This document shows, piece after piece, positions 29,601 to 40,052 of a stretch of 64,000 nt of DNA (position 1 is its first letter; each line of letters opens with the position of its first letter). A program made the translations under genes and the position numbers. Origin of the DNA: Trypanosoma brucei (taxonomy: Eukaryota). The notes beneath the pieces were generated by a model. That model was not told where the DNA came from, ran no database searches, and saw nothing but the letters and a program-made list of their open reading frames with translations. The DNA lies in assembly GCA_000002445.1 (NCBI GenBank), contig CH464491.1, positions 576,001 through 640,000 of the forward strand, read 5' to 3'.

Positions 29601-31271
29601 CAGTTCCCCTCTTCATTGATGCAGGGCCAAGTAAACACCGGTGTCGACTCGGAGCGAGGGACAAATGATTCCTTCGACACCCAAGCATCCCGCTCCTTTC
29701 CAGGATCCACCGGATCGTTCGGGAGTGGCAAGCGGTGCCGCTCAGTGCAGCACATGGAGGTCATACCGGGCACATTGTACACGATTTGTCTCATTTTGGC
29801 GCTGCTTGCTACACTGATTTGGGTTATATTCGTCCCGATAGTTCTCTTCTATATGTTCTACTCGTACGCCTACAGTGGACTTGCCGTATTTCACATGACG
29901 TTTACGACATTTCACATTGTGTTGTTCCTGCTTTCCATTGCGGTTGTTACCCCGGTGCTCGTCCAAATAATTTACGACAGACGATGTAAGGGTCTTCGGG
30001 GGAAGTTCTGGAGCCCTCTAGTTGCTTTTACTGTGTACTCCCTACCAACAATTGTGGTTTCAACGGTGCTTGTTGTCTGGACTCAGGTGGACACAATGGG
30101 GGCCGAGGTTTTTGCCCTAAACATGGTATTCATGAGTTGCCTTTCGTTCCTTTCGTGTGCTTATCTGGTGGCGTCACTCTTTAACACATGTTTCCTCGGA
30201 TATGTGCTGCACTTTTATCTCTACACATGTTTGGTTCAGGGGTTGGCGCCTCTTGTCGTTTGGAAGTGCGTCACGGACGTCGGGTTTACAGTGTTTTGGT
30301 TGTGGTACTTACGAGGTTACGGTAAGCTCCCTCACATCACTGGATGCATGTGCGGTGCCAAATCGCGGGACTTGTTCCGTACCTATTTATCACCTGCCAT
30401 TGTCGATTACTTCAGTGCGCGTCTTATTGTTGATGGGAGGGGGAAGGCTGGAAGGGGTAAAACGGTTATATACAGTAATTCCGAGGGGGAGGAGGAAAAT
30501 GCTGGACCTGATCACAATGATCCGTCAAACAAATACATTTATTCCTTTCATCCGCATGGTGTTTTCCCCGGCACCGCACTCTGGTTGCCGATGTCACCGC
30601 AGTGGGAGGAACTGATCGGCCGCAACGAGGAGACCATTGTCACAACACACGGTGCAGATGTGATTTTTGCCGTCCCGTTCATGCGTGACGCGCTTATGTC
30701 AGTTGGCACCATGAGTGTATCGAGGAAAGGAATTGAGAACTGTCTTAAGCAAAACAACAGCCCTATTATTGTGACTGGTGGGATGGCGGAAATGGTGTAT
30801 CAGAAGGGTAGTGACACCGAAATGCACATCGTCATGCATCACAGCGGGTTTGTTCGAATGGCTCTGCAGCATGGGGTGCCTATTGTGCCTATCCTTTGTT
30901 TCGCCGAGCAAAATGTAATGATGAATGTTCCCTTTCCACGTCTACAGAGACTCACCTCGAGAAAGCTTGGCTTTCCATTTCCCACAATGCCGTATGGGAG
31001 ATGGTTTCTTCCCCTTCCACATGCACGGCCACTCACCGTAGTGGTGGGTAAACCAATTCTTCCAGATCCTGCGATGTGCAATGCTGATGACCCTGATCAT
31101 GTAGTACACTACAGACTCCGCTATTTTGGTGAATTGCAGCGGCTTTTCTTCAAGTATCGTGATGAAGCCGGATACCCCAACATGGTGCTTCATCTCCACT
31201 GCCACAACGAGACGCATATTGTGACAGAATTTAAAGGGTCGGAATCAGTTAAAGATGATCAAAACCAATGA
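26697..31271 (+). CDS. large polytopic membrane protein with a C-terminal DGAT2/MGAT-family acyltransferase domain
   Basis: The ORF-track start at 26646 is GTG and the first ATG is 26697 (MAGTQAAV). About 1150 aa of N-terminal multi-pass TM region precede the acyltransferase domain. The DGAT2 signature motifs are YIYSFHPHGVFPG (HPHG, nt ~30550), VTGGMAEMV and HSGFVRMALQHGVPIVPILCFAEQN (RxGFxxxAxxxGxxlVPxxxFGE). Confidence 0.75.
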   Translation: MAGTQAAVDYTKVLVKNTVRFILLVLFLISLVVSLLLCMLADIFQAYAPVFPLWPMVFASVALNVACAVSTSLYHRVTCKASRSYKSSGSNHAYLAMQGFGYGLLFICPAVLFLYIELLASPVAVYRYGLITALGGSCAVANGLLIASLRYSEKTQRRVKEGGLGGGERPQRDSGLWRRRLLLLPDGETAIVVLLCIIALTCSIIAEYFTHLRRALTIVGMLLLVVSAAITRVGTGYRSATGEHPFSISRCSFRTGIVQGLGWFLGGATLCFDLVLCNSGAGAPPSWHIISGLSSMVSVAALLFARFHRFTEPTFKQGLQLSSDGPYVMTATSLFQLTFVWCLTLLLSTEYCELGMQLRQGLITCQTLTAVSMFALPLCTHFLGRVVFGKEYGIWISLDCRLEFAILQRLAWFCYSIAIFFAVLHMTESNHFRFVVIQALLVGVSQCLVHASLWAFGGGTLGRYSSDVEDQESLSRTTSTKSTSQEEDSEGEASVSYEGGRSALPLVLNAEMVTAIAVCVCGIALRLVADVESMDGAFVGALLGVPRKSLLNLARVMATVAVPLAHISSRDRVPLWQPFVGCGGYVSMQAVGWSVYAINTLIEAANYFHEERRSLASPVFGTQSMPLEHTVDGVCATVPFICIFLGSLFETWAQQSEKIHQRKMQQKIVELNSLLQHVIADPEDRERTKSLLKVVIGPRWKDLRSSGSSDEDERAEEVETRKEGMRNIVAILCVCVMMLFATSAFSATHQPAFTLIFGISGMMMTSVSCFSLQLFYGSIVHGATGTYSYFMPFSGGQKFVAFQTAGWSCYAAALLLILISCLEGRGSPTAFVCMGFFSVAAQFLILNSIPHFDSTPRPASLLEQNAEAALAVFALVGSFTFGVVWNAYTGGGIPGQAPSPLPIIVTAIAASCAAPLGIVSLKRHMERSAMFAVADGLESSSEASDGEEEIRSDGHTDAIAHVSNGSGHQFPSSLMQGQVNTGVDSERGTNDSFDTQASRSFPGSTGSFGSGKRCRSVQHMEVIPGTLYTICLILALLATLIWVIFVPIVLFYMFYSYAYSGLAVFHMTFTTFHIVLFLLSIAVVTPVLVQIIYDRRCKGLRGKFWSPLVAFTVYSLPTIVVSTVLVVWTQVDTMGAEVFALNMVFMSCLSFLSCAYLVASLFNTCFLGYVLHFYLYTCLVQGLAPLVVWKCVTDVGFTVFWLWYLRGYGKLPHITGCMCGAKSRDLFRTYLSPAIVDYFSARLIVDGRGKAGRGKTVIYSNSEGEEENAGPDHNDPSNKYIYSFHPHGVFPGTALWLPMSPQWEELIGRNEETIVTTHGADVIFAVPFMRDALMSVGTMSVSRKGIENCLKQNNSPIIVTGGMAEMVYQKGSDTEMHIVMHHSGFVRMALQHGVPIVPILCFAEQNVMMNVPFPRLQRLTSRKLGFPFPTMPYGRWFLPLPHARPLTVVVGKPILPDPAMCNADDPDHVVHYRLRYFGELQRLFFKYRDEAGYPNMVLHLHCHNETHIVTEFKGSESVKDDQNQ

Positions 31272-32976
31272 ACTGGTGATTGTCACAATCGGGGTTCAAT
31301 ACACTCTAATCCTTTCATGCTGTAGTTGTAAGGGGGGAGGTGCAGTGGTGAGCGCTTCGGGTAAGTAAGTACACAAATAATGTAATTTTTTTTTTTCGGT
31401 GAGGGGGAGAGAAGGGGGGGGGGAAAACGCTAGCATGGCGGCCGAGGTTTATTTTTGTAAAAAGCTGGAGTTAAGCCCGTGTGTGTGTGTGTGTGCGGAC
31501 GGTGGCGGCTTTTGTGGCGGTCATGCTGTTTTGTTTCATCGCATCTCCGCGTTTAACTTCTTTTATTTTCTTTTTTTCATTCATTCCTTTCCTATTTTTC
31601 GCCGCCGTTACCACCTCCACCATTTTTGTCCACTTCCCCCAATACTGCCACTGTTAATGTTTGTTCCTCTCCACATCGAAACATCTTCCTGCTTGCATTT
31701 ACTTGTCCCTTATGTTTTGCGCTGCTCTTGTTGTTCATTATTGTGAGGACAGTTGCATATTCATCTCATGTTTCGTTTTTCTTGTGCTGTCGTCCATTAC
31801 TTTTTTGTTTTGTTATGTTTTGTTTGTCTTATTTGTCCTTCTGTTTATTGTTTGTTAACTCTGTTTTTTTTTTCCGTTTTGGAAACAATGCGGAGTTGCC
31901 GCCGAAAGATATTTTTCGCAAGTAGTGTTTTTCATTTTTCATTTTGTGTTTTCTTTCTTTTTTTTTTTGATTGTCTTCTTCTTGTAAATGTCTTGTGTTT
32001 CCATGACTACGCATCTTCTTGCGGGTGGAAACGGAAGTATGTGTGTGTGTGTGTACACACTCGATCACATGGAAGGAGGAAGTTAAAAAAAAAAACAGCA
32101 GGAAATTTAACGTGAAGAATTTTTTTTAAATATTGTTAAAGAAAAAGATGCAAACACTTTCCGGAAAGTGAGTGAATGCCCCGGTAACGTCAACAACAAT
32201 AATAATGACGAGTGTCATTTTTGTCTTTCTTTTGTTCTTTGGTACTTATCCTTTTACTCTTGCTCTTTGTTTGTTTCCTCTTATGTGGAGCGCTTGTATG
32301 TGGAATATATTATTCCCTGATACGGGTGGGAGTAAAAAGCAACTGGCAAGCGACCAAGAGGTTTTGTCTTTTTTTTTAAAAAAAAGAGAAAAGTAGAGCG
32401 TGGGTTGCTTTACAAAATTTTGTGAAATGTCTGCGGAAACGGGTCGGTTGCTGGGGGAGCACAAAGGATAAAAAGAATGGGTGCTGAAAAGAAAAAAAAA
32501 ACTGTATGCATTTGTGCTCGCGTAAGAAGCGTTTTCAAAAAAACATCTATCTTGGAAAGTTACACACAACATCATCCTTGTGTTACTTTCTGATGTTGTT
32601 GTAAACAAACTTTTGCACCACGTTTTTTTTTTTTTTGGGGGTGGTGGTGGGAGGTTTGCTTACTTTTTTTTCCCCCTTCCCCTCCCTCTTCCTCTGTCAC
32701 CGTTGCTGTTGTGTATCCGCCTGTTTATGCAAGTGGTGTGGCCACTCCAATGTTGAACAAATGTATCCCCGTCACTTCTTTCTTTTCTGTTCTTCTCGTT
32801 ACCTGCGGCTCTTTCTTTCTTTGTACGTGTATAATGGTTTATCTTTTCAGTTAAATAGGATAGTAAACTCCATTCTCAGCCTCAGGCTGAGGAAGGTTTT
32901 TATTTATTTTTGTAAATAACTTGGCCGTGAGAAGACATTCGTTGGTGGTTCCATTTATTTATTTCGTAGGGTTTAA

Positions 32977-34314
32977 ATGCAGCGGACGCTTCGCAGTGCG
33001 GCCCGTCGCAAATGGGGGCAAAAAACCTGGTCACCCACAGCTACAAACGGAGGTGCGGCACCGGCGAATGGTGTCAGCGCGCAAGAAGCACTTCAAATTG
33101 CATATCGCCCGATGCCACCCTCACAAACTGTGGAGTACGAAGAGGATTTCGGTCACAATCTAATGATTCACCGTGAGTATATTTCCAAGCGCTGTCGCGA
33201 CCGCGTGTCGTTTGAGCTGAGTGCGCTTTCCTACAGTAATTTGGAACTGCGACGTGGACAAGAGCATCTGGCGGGAATTATGAATAGGGAGCGGAGAGGG
33301 GTTTCAGTGGGTGCCTCTGGCGCTCCAGATGATCAGGTGCAGATGCAAACCGATGTGGATGCCAACTCGAGGGAAGTCTTGAGCGCACGGTACCTCTTCA
33401 ACGAGAGGCGGTTGCAGTTCTGCGATCGATTTCAGAACTTCTTTCAAAGCAAACTGGAAAATAGTGCTGCGAGTGATTCCAATGGACACGAGAAGCAACA
33501 TCTCTTCTCTCTTATGGAGGCATGCGCGGTGATATTTGGTTGCGAAACGGAGGCGGCTCGGGAAACATACTACCGCATGTTCCTGGGGTTGGATTCGGAA
33601 ACGCTTTTGGAGGAAGACGAGGCACTACGCAACCGAATCGCCGATGCCAAACTCGTGCAGCGGGTTCTCGAGAACAACAAGGGGCGGCAAGAGGTCACAC
33701 AATCGCCTAAACTTCAACAACAACAGGATCAAGGCAAACCCCTGCACGCCGTTTCTAGTGGTACAAGTTTGCTTAATGATTGCGAAGAAGAGCGCTTCAT
33801 TTCATCTATTCCCGAGCTTTCCCTGTTTGAAGACGAAACTGAGGCTAGAGCCAACGGGTTCGTCGAAGGTGAAGACGATGTCAAGGCAAACAATGGTGAT
33901 CTCACTGCCGGTAGTTTTAGCTCCCCTGCTTCCTCTGTTAATTTACCGGAGGAGTTTGAAGAATATGCCCCTCTATACAAGGCATACATTACCCACGCAG
34001 TGGGAAAAGGACCCGTGGCTTCGTATGATATATCGACACTTGGTTCAACAGGTTTGACAGCAGAGCGGCGACGATGGAGGACTCTGATGGAGAAGATTGT
34101 ACGGGAGGATTATCATACCATGACGGAAGTAGAACAGATGGATGCCATCGTGTTGAATGAGCAACTCCACACCGTAAAGTTCTTCGATTTGAAGATTGGA
34201 GATGCGATTCGTGATATATTGCAGTTGTTGCAACGGGAAACCGGCGTCGGTTCGTCGGTCAATCGCGACACACCGGTGGGTATTTCTCCCAACAACCCAG
34301 AGCGACGAGTCTGA
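32977..34314 (+). CDS. hypothetical protein
   Basis: 445-aa ORF starting at ATG 32977 in the sense orientation. It has protein-like composition with a Q/E-rich central segment and no recognisable family. An overlapping frame-2 ORF at 32921-33163 is probably spurious. Confidence 0.5.
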   Translation: MQRTLRSAARRKWGQKTWSPTATNGGAAPANGVSAQEALQIAYRPMPPSQTVEYEEDFGHNLMIHREYISKRCRDRVSFELSALSYSNLELRRGQEHLAGIMNRERRGVSVGASGAPDDQVQMQTDVDANSREVLSARYLFNERRLQFCDRFQNFFQSKLENSAASDSNGHEKQHLFSLMEACAVIFGCETEAARETYYRMFLGLDSETLLEEDEALRNRIADAKLVQRVLENNKGRQEVTQSPKLQQQQDQGKPLHAVSSGTSLLNDCEEERFISSIPELSLFEDETEARANGFVEGEDDVKANNGDLTAGSFSSPASSVNLPEEFEEYAPLYKAYITHAVGKGPVASYDISTLGSTGLTAERRRWRTLMEKIVREDYHTMTEVEQMDAIVLNEQLHTVKFFDLKIGDAIRDILQLLQRETGVGSSVNRDTPVGISPNNPERRV

Positions 34315-34496
34315 AATGTGTGTGATTTTTGTTTGGAAAGCATGTTGACGATTAACTTCACATTTTAAGTAAGCACGGTTTGTTGTACAAGCCCGCTTGC
34401 TCACGTTTTGTCGTTGTATGATCTTACGATTAATAGTCTACTTGCTGAAAGTGGTGTCTGTTCCCTTCCCTCCTTAATGTGTATGTGGCTAAATCG

Positions 34497-34516
34497 TATA
34501 TATATATATATATATT
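34497..34516. repeat. (TA)n microsatellite
   Basis: tatatatatatatatatata lies inside the longest ORF of the carnitine acyltransferase gene but upstream of the homology-supported ATG. Confidence 0.9.
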
Positions 34517-34569
34517 CGTCCTTTGTTTCCTTGCTCTGTTTTCTGGCGTATTTTGAAGAATATAAGACA

Positions 34570-36783
34570 ATGGCAACATCAGAAAGTTCAGGTGCTAAGA
34601 GATTTTGGGGCGTCGATTCGGAGTATGAGGTGACACTATGCTCTACAGACAGCCCCGTTCGGGCGTATGAGTCGCACATGTTTGACAAGGAAGTGCTGAG
34701 CGCAGATGGAGCTGCACACACGGCAAAAAAACCCAAAGCTGGTGATTCGCTCGGATATGATAAGCACCAGGCATCCCTCCCGCGCTTACCCATTCCAACA
34801 CTGCAGGATACGTGCGACTTGTATTTGAAGTCTATTCAGGCTCTCGTAACGGCTGAGGAGTACGTTCACACCAAGAAAGTTGTGGAAGATTTCCTGAAGG
34901 GAGGTGGAAGCGGGGAAACACTACACAATTTGCTCCTTAAATGGGACAAGGAGTGTAACCAACCGAGTTGGTTGGAGGAGTTTTGGAATGACTCTTACGT
35001 TTGTATGCGCGATCCCATCCCAGTCAACGTTAACTTTTTCTTCCAATTTAAACCTCATCCACAACACTTGCAGAATGGCCGTCATGTCTCGCAAATTGGC
35101 CGCGCCGCCAGCCTTCTGCATGCGGCAGTTGAATACTATGTATCGATTATAAATGGGACCGTGGCCAGAGAATTCGAGCGGGACGCTCCAGTATGCATGA
35201 GTCAGTACCGCTTTGTTTTCAGTACCTCGCGTGTTCCTGGATTACATCAGGACCGGAAAGTTTGTTACTCCGAAAGACCGCTCACAGAGGACGAGAAAAG
35301 GTCAAAATTTGCTGAGTACGTCGCTGCCAGCCCCACTCACTGCGTTGTAATAATCCGTGACCGCTTTTTCAAGTTAGAGGTACTTCGAGAAGATGGTACC
35401 CAATACAGCGTCGAGGAACTTATAGTGTCACTCAAGTATATCGAAGATTTCGTCACCTCAAGGCAGAACCCCGGAGCACCGGTGGGTCTTTTGACAACAA
35501 TGGACCGCACGGAGTGGTTCCACGCTCGTGAACGCCTTAAGAAACTGGGTAACGTAGGCATACTTCAAACTATCCAATCGGCCCTCATTTGTATCTGCCT
35601 CGATGGCGTCCGTGTTGTTTCACCGGAGGTGGGCGCCCGGTTGCTGCTGCATGGACAAGGGACGAACCGATGGTTTGACAGGCACAACATCATTGTTACA
35701 GCTGATGGGACTGCGGGTGTGAATTGGGAGCACTCTGTTAATGACGGCGGAACGGCATTGATGCTGGCCGACTTCATGTACAAGAAAGACTGCGAGCGCT
35801 TCTTTACAGGAGATGAGGTTGAAGCCCTTTCTAAGCGGGAAGGCGTGTCCCTTACTGTGCGGAGGATGGTCGCCGAGAAGCAGTGGAATCTTGACAAGGG
35901 AATATATGGCGTCATGAAGTCTGCGTCAGAGGATTTTAAAACATTAATTCAAAATAATGAGTTACATGTGCTACATTTTGGAAACTTTGGTGGGGCCTTT
36001 CTGAAGCGCTTTGGGATCTCACCGGATGCCTTTTTTCAGATGGCCCTTCAGTTGACATACTACCGGCTCTTTGGCCGTAACTGTGCGACCTACGAAGCGG
36101 CTACCACACGTACCTTCAGCCACGGCCGTACAGAGTGCATACGAAGTGCCAGTTCTGAAGCTCTGGACTTCTGCCGAGCGGCGTGCGAGCCATTGTTTCC
36201 CAAGCGTATCGGCTCTGCAGTACCTTCTCAGGGCGAATTCCTCCGCAAGGCAGTCGCCGCTCATGCAAATGCTGTAAAACTTGCCAAGAGTGGCCTCGGT
36301 GTAGATAGACATTTATATGGTTTGCGGGTAATGGCGCGAATGCACGGTGTTCCGCTTCCCGGACTATTTAATGATCCGTCTTACCACCGGAGTGGAACGT
36401 GGCTCATGTCGACTTCCCATTGTGGAAGCAATGCACTCGATGCCTTTGGGTTCGGCCCTGTTGTTGTTTCGGGGTTTGGGATCGGCTATATGATCAAAGC
36501 CGACAGCATAGATGTTGTCATTACTTCAAAGTGTACTTCTCATTTTACTTCTACGGTGGTGTTTGCTTCCATGCTGGAATCCTCGTTGTTTCACATGAAG
36601 ACTATACTTCAGAGTGAAGATATGAGCCGGCGAGCTGAGAGAGATATTTTACTTTTCTCTCATCCATGTGGACTGAACGACTTTCAGTTCTCTGAGAAGG
36701 AGGGCTTCATCTACGAGCACCATGTGAATGGCAGCAAAGGTGAGATGACTGATTCCATTGCTGATGCCTCACCAAATTTGTAA
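34570..36783 (+). CDS. carnitine O-acyltransferase (choline/carnitine acyltransferase family)
   Basis: It carries the N-terminal family motif LPRLPIPTLQDTCDLYL (nt ~34777) and the catalytic-His motif VNWEHSVNDGGTA (nt ~35727). The longest ORF (TTG 34408, first ATG 34477) would read through a (TA)9 microsatellite at 34497-34516. I therefore place the start at ATG 34570 (MATSESSGAKRFWG). Confidence 0.8.
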   Translation: MATSESSGAKRFWGVDSEYEVTLCSTDSPVRAYESHMFDKEVLSADGAAHTAKKPKAGDSLGYDKHQASLPRLPIPTLQDTCDLYLKSIQALVTAEEYVHTKKVVEDFLKGGGSGETLHNLLLKWDKECNQPSWLEEFWNDSYVCMRDPIPVNVNFFFQFKPHPQHLQNGRHVSQIGRAASLLHAAVEYYVSIINGTVAREFERDAPVCMSQYRFVFSTSRVPGLHQDRKVCYSERPLTEDEKRSKFAEYVAASPTHCVVIIRDRFFKLEVLREDGTQYSVEELIVSLKYIEDFVTSRQNPGAPVGLLTTMDRTEWFHARERLKKLGNVGILQTIQSALICICLDGVRVVSPEVGARLLLHGQGTNRWFDRHNIIVTADGTAGVNWEHSVNDGGTALMLADFMYKKDCERFFTGDEVEALSKREGVSLTVRRMVAEKQWNLDKGIYGVMKSASEDFKTLIQNNELHVLHFGNFGGAFLKRFGISPDAFFQMALQLTYYRLFGRNCATYEAATTRTFSHGRTECIRSASSEALDFCRAACEPLFPKRIGSAVPSQGEFLRKAVAAHANAVKLAKSGLGVDRHLYGLRVMARMHGVPLPGLFNDPSYHRSGTWLMSTSHCGSNALDAFGFGPVVVSGFGIGYMIKADSIDVVITSKCTSHFTSTVVFASMLESSLFHMKTILQSEDMSRRAERDILLFSHPCGLNDFQFSEKEGFIYEHHVNGSKGEMTDSIADASPNL

Positions 36784-39581
36784 CAAACTGATGGTATCGA
36801 CTTCTGAACAGCGATGGACCTCCACGGGATGGCTCGGTAGCTTTTGTGCCCTTTACTCTTTAAATTTTTAATTATCTATCTATCTCTCTGCCTGTTTCCC
36901 TTTTTTTTTCTTTTACAGTTTTTCCTCCCTCATTATAATTATAATTTCACTTTTCCCCACACGTCGAGGGGCATACGACGTCACGATGGGTTGCCCCACA
37001 AGGCAGTCGAACGGCACTGTTTTCTTTTTTGCTTCCATGTGCATGCATTGCTCAGCTGTGCGGTAATATCATGCGTAGCGGGACATGTCTTTTTCATCAT
37101 CTTGAAAACACGGCCAAAATGTCCCTGTTATTTTCGTCTTTCCTTTCTTAAAAGAAAAAAAAGAAGGTGAAGGAAATTTTATTTCATGTTGTATATAAAT
37201 GTTTATTTGTTTATCCTTTCATCCCCCCTTTACCTTTGCAACGTTCGGATAGAAGGGTAGTCAAATTCCGCGTGTACGGATTTCTCATCACTTCTCCTTC
37301 TTATTACATTACTTGTGTTGTTTTTGCTCCTTTCTTTTCGTTAATTTGCGTGGGCAATTGCGAGGTGAACAACTAATAGATGAGCAAAAGGTAAAATAAA
37401 ATTAAAAAGAAAAATCACAGGCGAGTGGAGAAGTCGGGGTAGGAGGGGAAGCAAAGAGAAGGACGAGAAAACGATTTTATGCCACGTTTGAAACAAGCGC
37501 ACGTACGAAAAACGCAAACACGGAATAATACGGGAATATCACTTTTTTTTTTTCCTTCCATTACCCGCGGGCGTGGCAACTGGCTGTTTTTTTTTTTCCT
37601 TCCCATATGGGGGAGGATTTGTTATGCATTTTGATGTGGGATTCTTAACACTACTTTTCATCCTTGTGCTTTCTTCATGCATAATTGACACGGCGTTATA
37701 ACATATATGTATCTGTGTGTATTTGTCAATATTTCTTTCTTTCTCTTTTTTTTTTTCTCTCTTTATCGTCAAAGTTGTTTATTGCGTCAAGGCGAAAAAG
37801 TAAATCAAACAAACGAAAAAAAAAAAGAAACAAACACAAAAGGTTGTTTGTTGTTGTTGTTTTTTGAGAAAAAGAAAAATGTTCCCCGGCATGCAGCAAC
37901 CGAAGGCACTCCCCATGGGTGAGGCACATACGCAGTTTTGGACTAACTTCAATCGCTTCTTAACTACCAGTGCACTTTCCATCACCGTCTCACTTTTTAT
38001 TCGCTACTGCGAGGGACGCACCAGCGCTGTATTACTTAACGGCATTTAATATTCGAAATATAACACATAAAATAAAGCGGTCACATGTTTTTGGTGGTTT
38101 TGGAGTACACCGGAGGGAGGGATGTGGTGGAAGTGAAGGGATTTTCTTTTTTTTTTTCAAAAAAAATAAAGAAAAAGAAATAAAAAAGGTTTTTGAGAGC
38201 AAAAACAACTGAACAGAGAAGGGAGGATGAAATGAGCGGATTGTTAGCGAAGGGGAGGGGGGGAATGTAAAGGAAAAGTGAGCTCGACAAATGGTGGAAT
38301 TATTAGGTTGAGAAGTGTGTGCATGTAAGGTTGGGGTAAAGAGAAGAAAAAAAAAAAGAAAAAAAATAACAATAGTAATAATAAATAAATAAACAAAAGG
38401 ACACCAAATAGTAAAGAGGTTGAGAGGGTGCAAACTTGTCGAAGCACGTGAGAAGGGGCTCACCATATCATTGGTGGATGACTTTATCCCACTTTGTAGT
38501 ATTCGTGCTGAAAACTCACAGTATATTTCGTGGACTTAAAGTTTCCAATTGTACGAGTGAGTCTCCCCAACTCTAATCTGTCAACCGTTTCTTTTTTGTT
38601 TCTTTTTTTATTTTTTATTCTTCGTTTTTGTTTTTTTTTTATTTACGTTTGCTGCGTGCACATTTTGTTTTATGAATGTGTGTGTGTGTGGGGGGGGGGG
38701 AGGAGGAGGGGTCTGTGCAACAACTCAAATAACCAGTTCCACATCCAGAGCTGTTGATAAAGAAATATTAACGGCAGCCGCTTACTCTTCTGAGTTCGTG
38801 CTTTCTCCTTGCTTTATAATTTTGTACCAAACTTTTGTGGACACGAAGTGGAATAAAATAATAAAACAAGGAAAAGAAAGGAAAAACACAAGAGGGACGA
38901 TGTTTCGGATGTTTTTGTTTTCATCATTTTTATTCCTCCGGTGTTGTTGACCATTTTCTTTATGCAATTTTCCGCCTTATTCCGCTTTGTTCCTCCATTC
39001 TGCTGCCCCGTAATATCGATTTCTTTTTTTGTTTTGTTTTGTTTTTTTGTCTCTGCTTTTTTCCCTCTATTTACCTACTTTTCATTTTGTGTCGTTTTTC
39101 CTTTTCTTTCTTTCTTTATATTTCTTTATATTTATTTCCTTTTCTTTCATTTGATTATTATTGTTATTTTTTTTTTTTACCGTTGCAACGCTCGCAATGT
39201 TTGTGATTCCCCAACTATGCACAGAGGCGTTACGGTTTTGGACTATTTTAGCGAGTGAGTTGAATAAGCGTAACGGAACAACAGTGGAACGATAGGAATG
39301 GTAAGACCGAATACAACATAACACAACTTACCATAACGTAACGTGACAGAAAAGAAAAAGAAAGAAGTGCAACGGAAATTAAAAGGAAAAAGCGGAAGTG
39401 AACTTAAAGCAGCATAAGTCAAATTTGAGTGGACATATATATTATTTGAAGTACAGAAGAGTCAAAGAAAGGAGAGGGAGAAGGTTATCACACCAAAGCC
39501 GAGCGCATAACAACAACAGGAGCAAAACTATTACTATCAGGGTGAATAGACTGATTTTGAAGGGAGAAAATATTGCGGTTT

Positions 39582-40052
39582 ATGGTGAGCGAAGTGATGG
39601 TTGAGTTGCATGACTTTGTGCATGGTGGCGGCTTGCAGGACAGTTCATATGTTCCTTTGAACTCGCCGTTGAGGTTGCGGTTTCAGTACAGCGTGAGTCA
39701 CACCGTGGAGAAACCAAAGTGGGCTCTTACATTTGTCGCTGATATCGCTGATAAGCGCCGTGTTGTGGAGTTACTGCCCCCAATGAATGTAAAAAATGAG
39801 CTGATGCACGAGCCTTATAAAACATATGATGGCGTGCCACCGCTTTCACCAGGGGAGCGATACGTGGCGGAGTTTCAAATTGAAACCATGAATTTGACTG
39901 GTGTGGAGAGGAAATATCTCGAGCATGTCGGCGCGTTGCAGTTGGTGCTTATGTCAGACACGAAACGTGTGTCGGAGCTAACAGTTGTTGTTCAGGTGAA
40001 ACGGAATGATTCCGGTGAGTTGATGCGACGAGTTCTAAGCCCTATGGTGTAA
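39582..40052 (+). CDS. hypothetical protein
   Basis: The ORF-track start at 39573 is TTG and the first ATG is 39582. It encodes a 156-aa protein of balanced composition (MVSEVMVELHDFVHGGG...). I recognise no family. Confidence 0.4.
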   Translation: MVSEVMVELHDFVHGGGLQDSSYVPLNSPLRLRFQYSVSHTVEKPKWALTFVADIADKRRVVELLPPMNVKNELMHEPYKTYDGVPPLSPGERYVAEFQIETMNLTGVERKYLEHVGALQLVLMSDTKRVSELTVVVQVKRNDSGELMRRVLSPMV

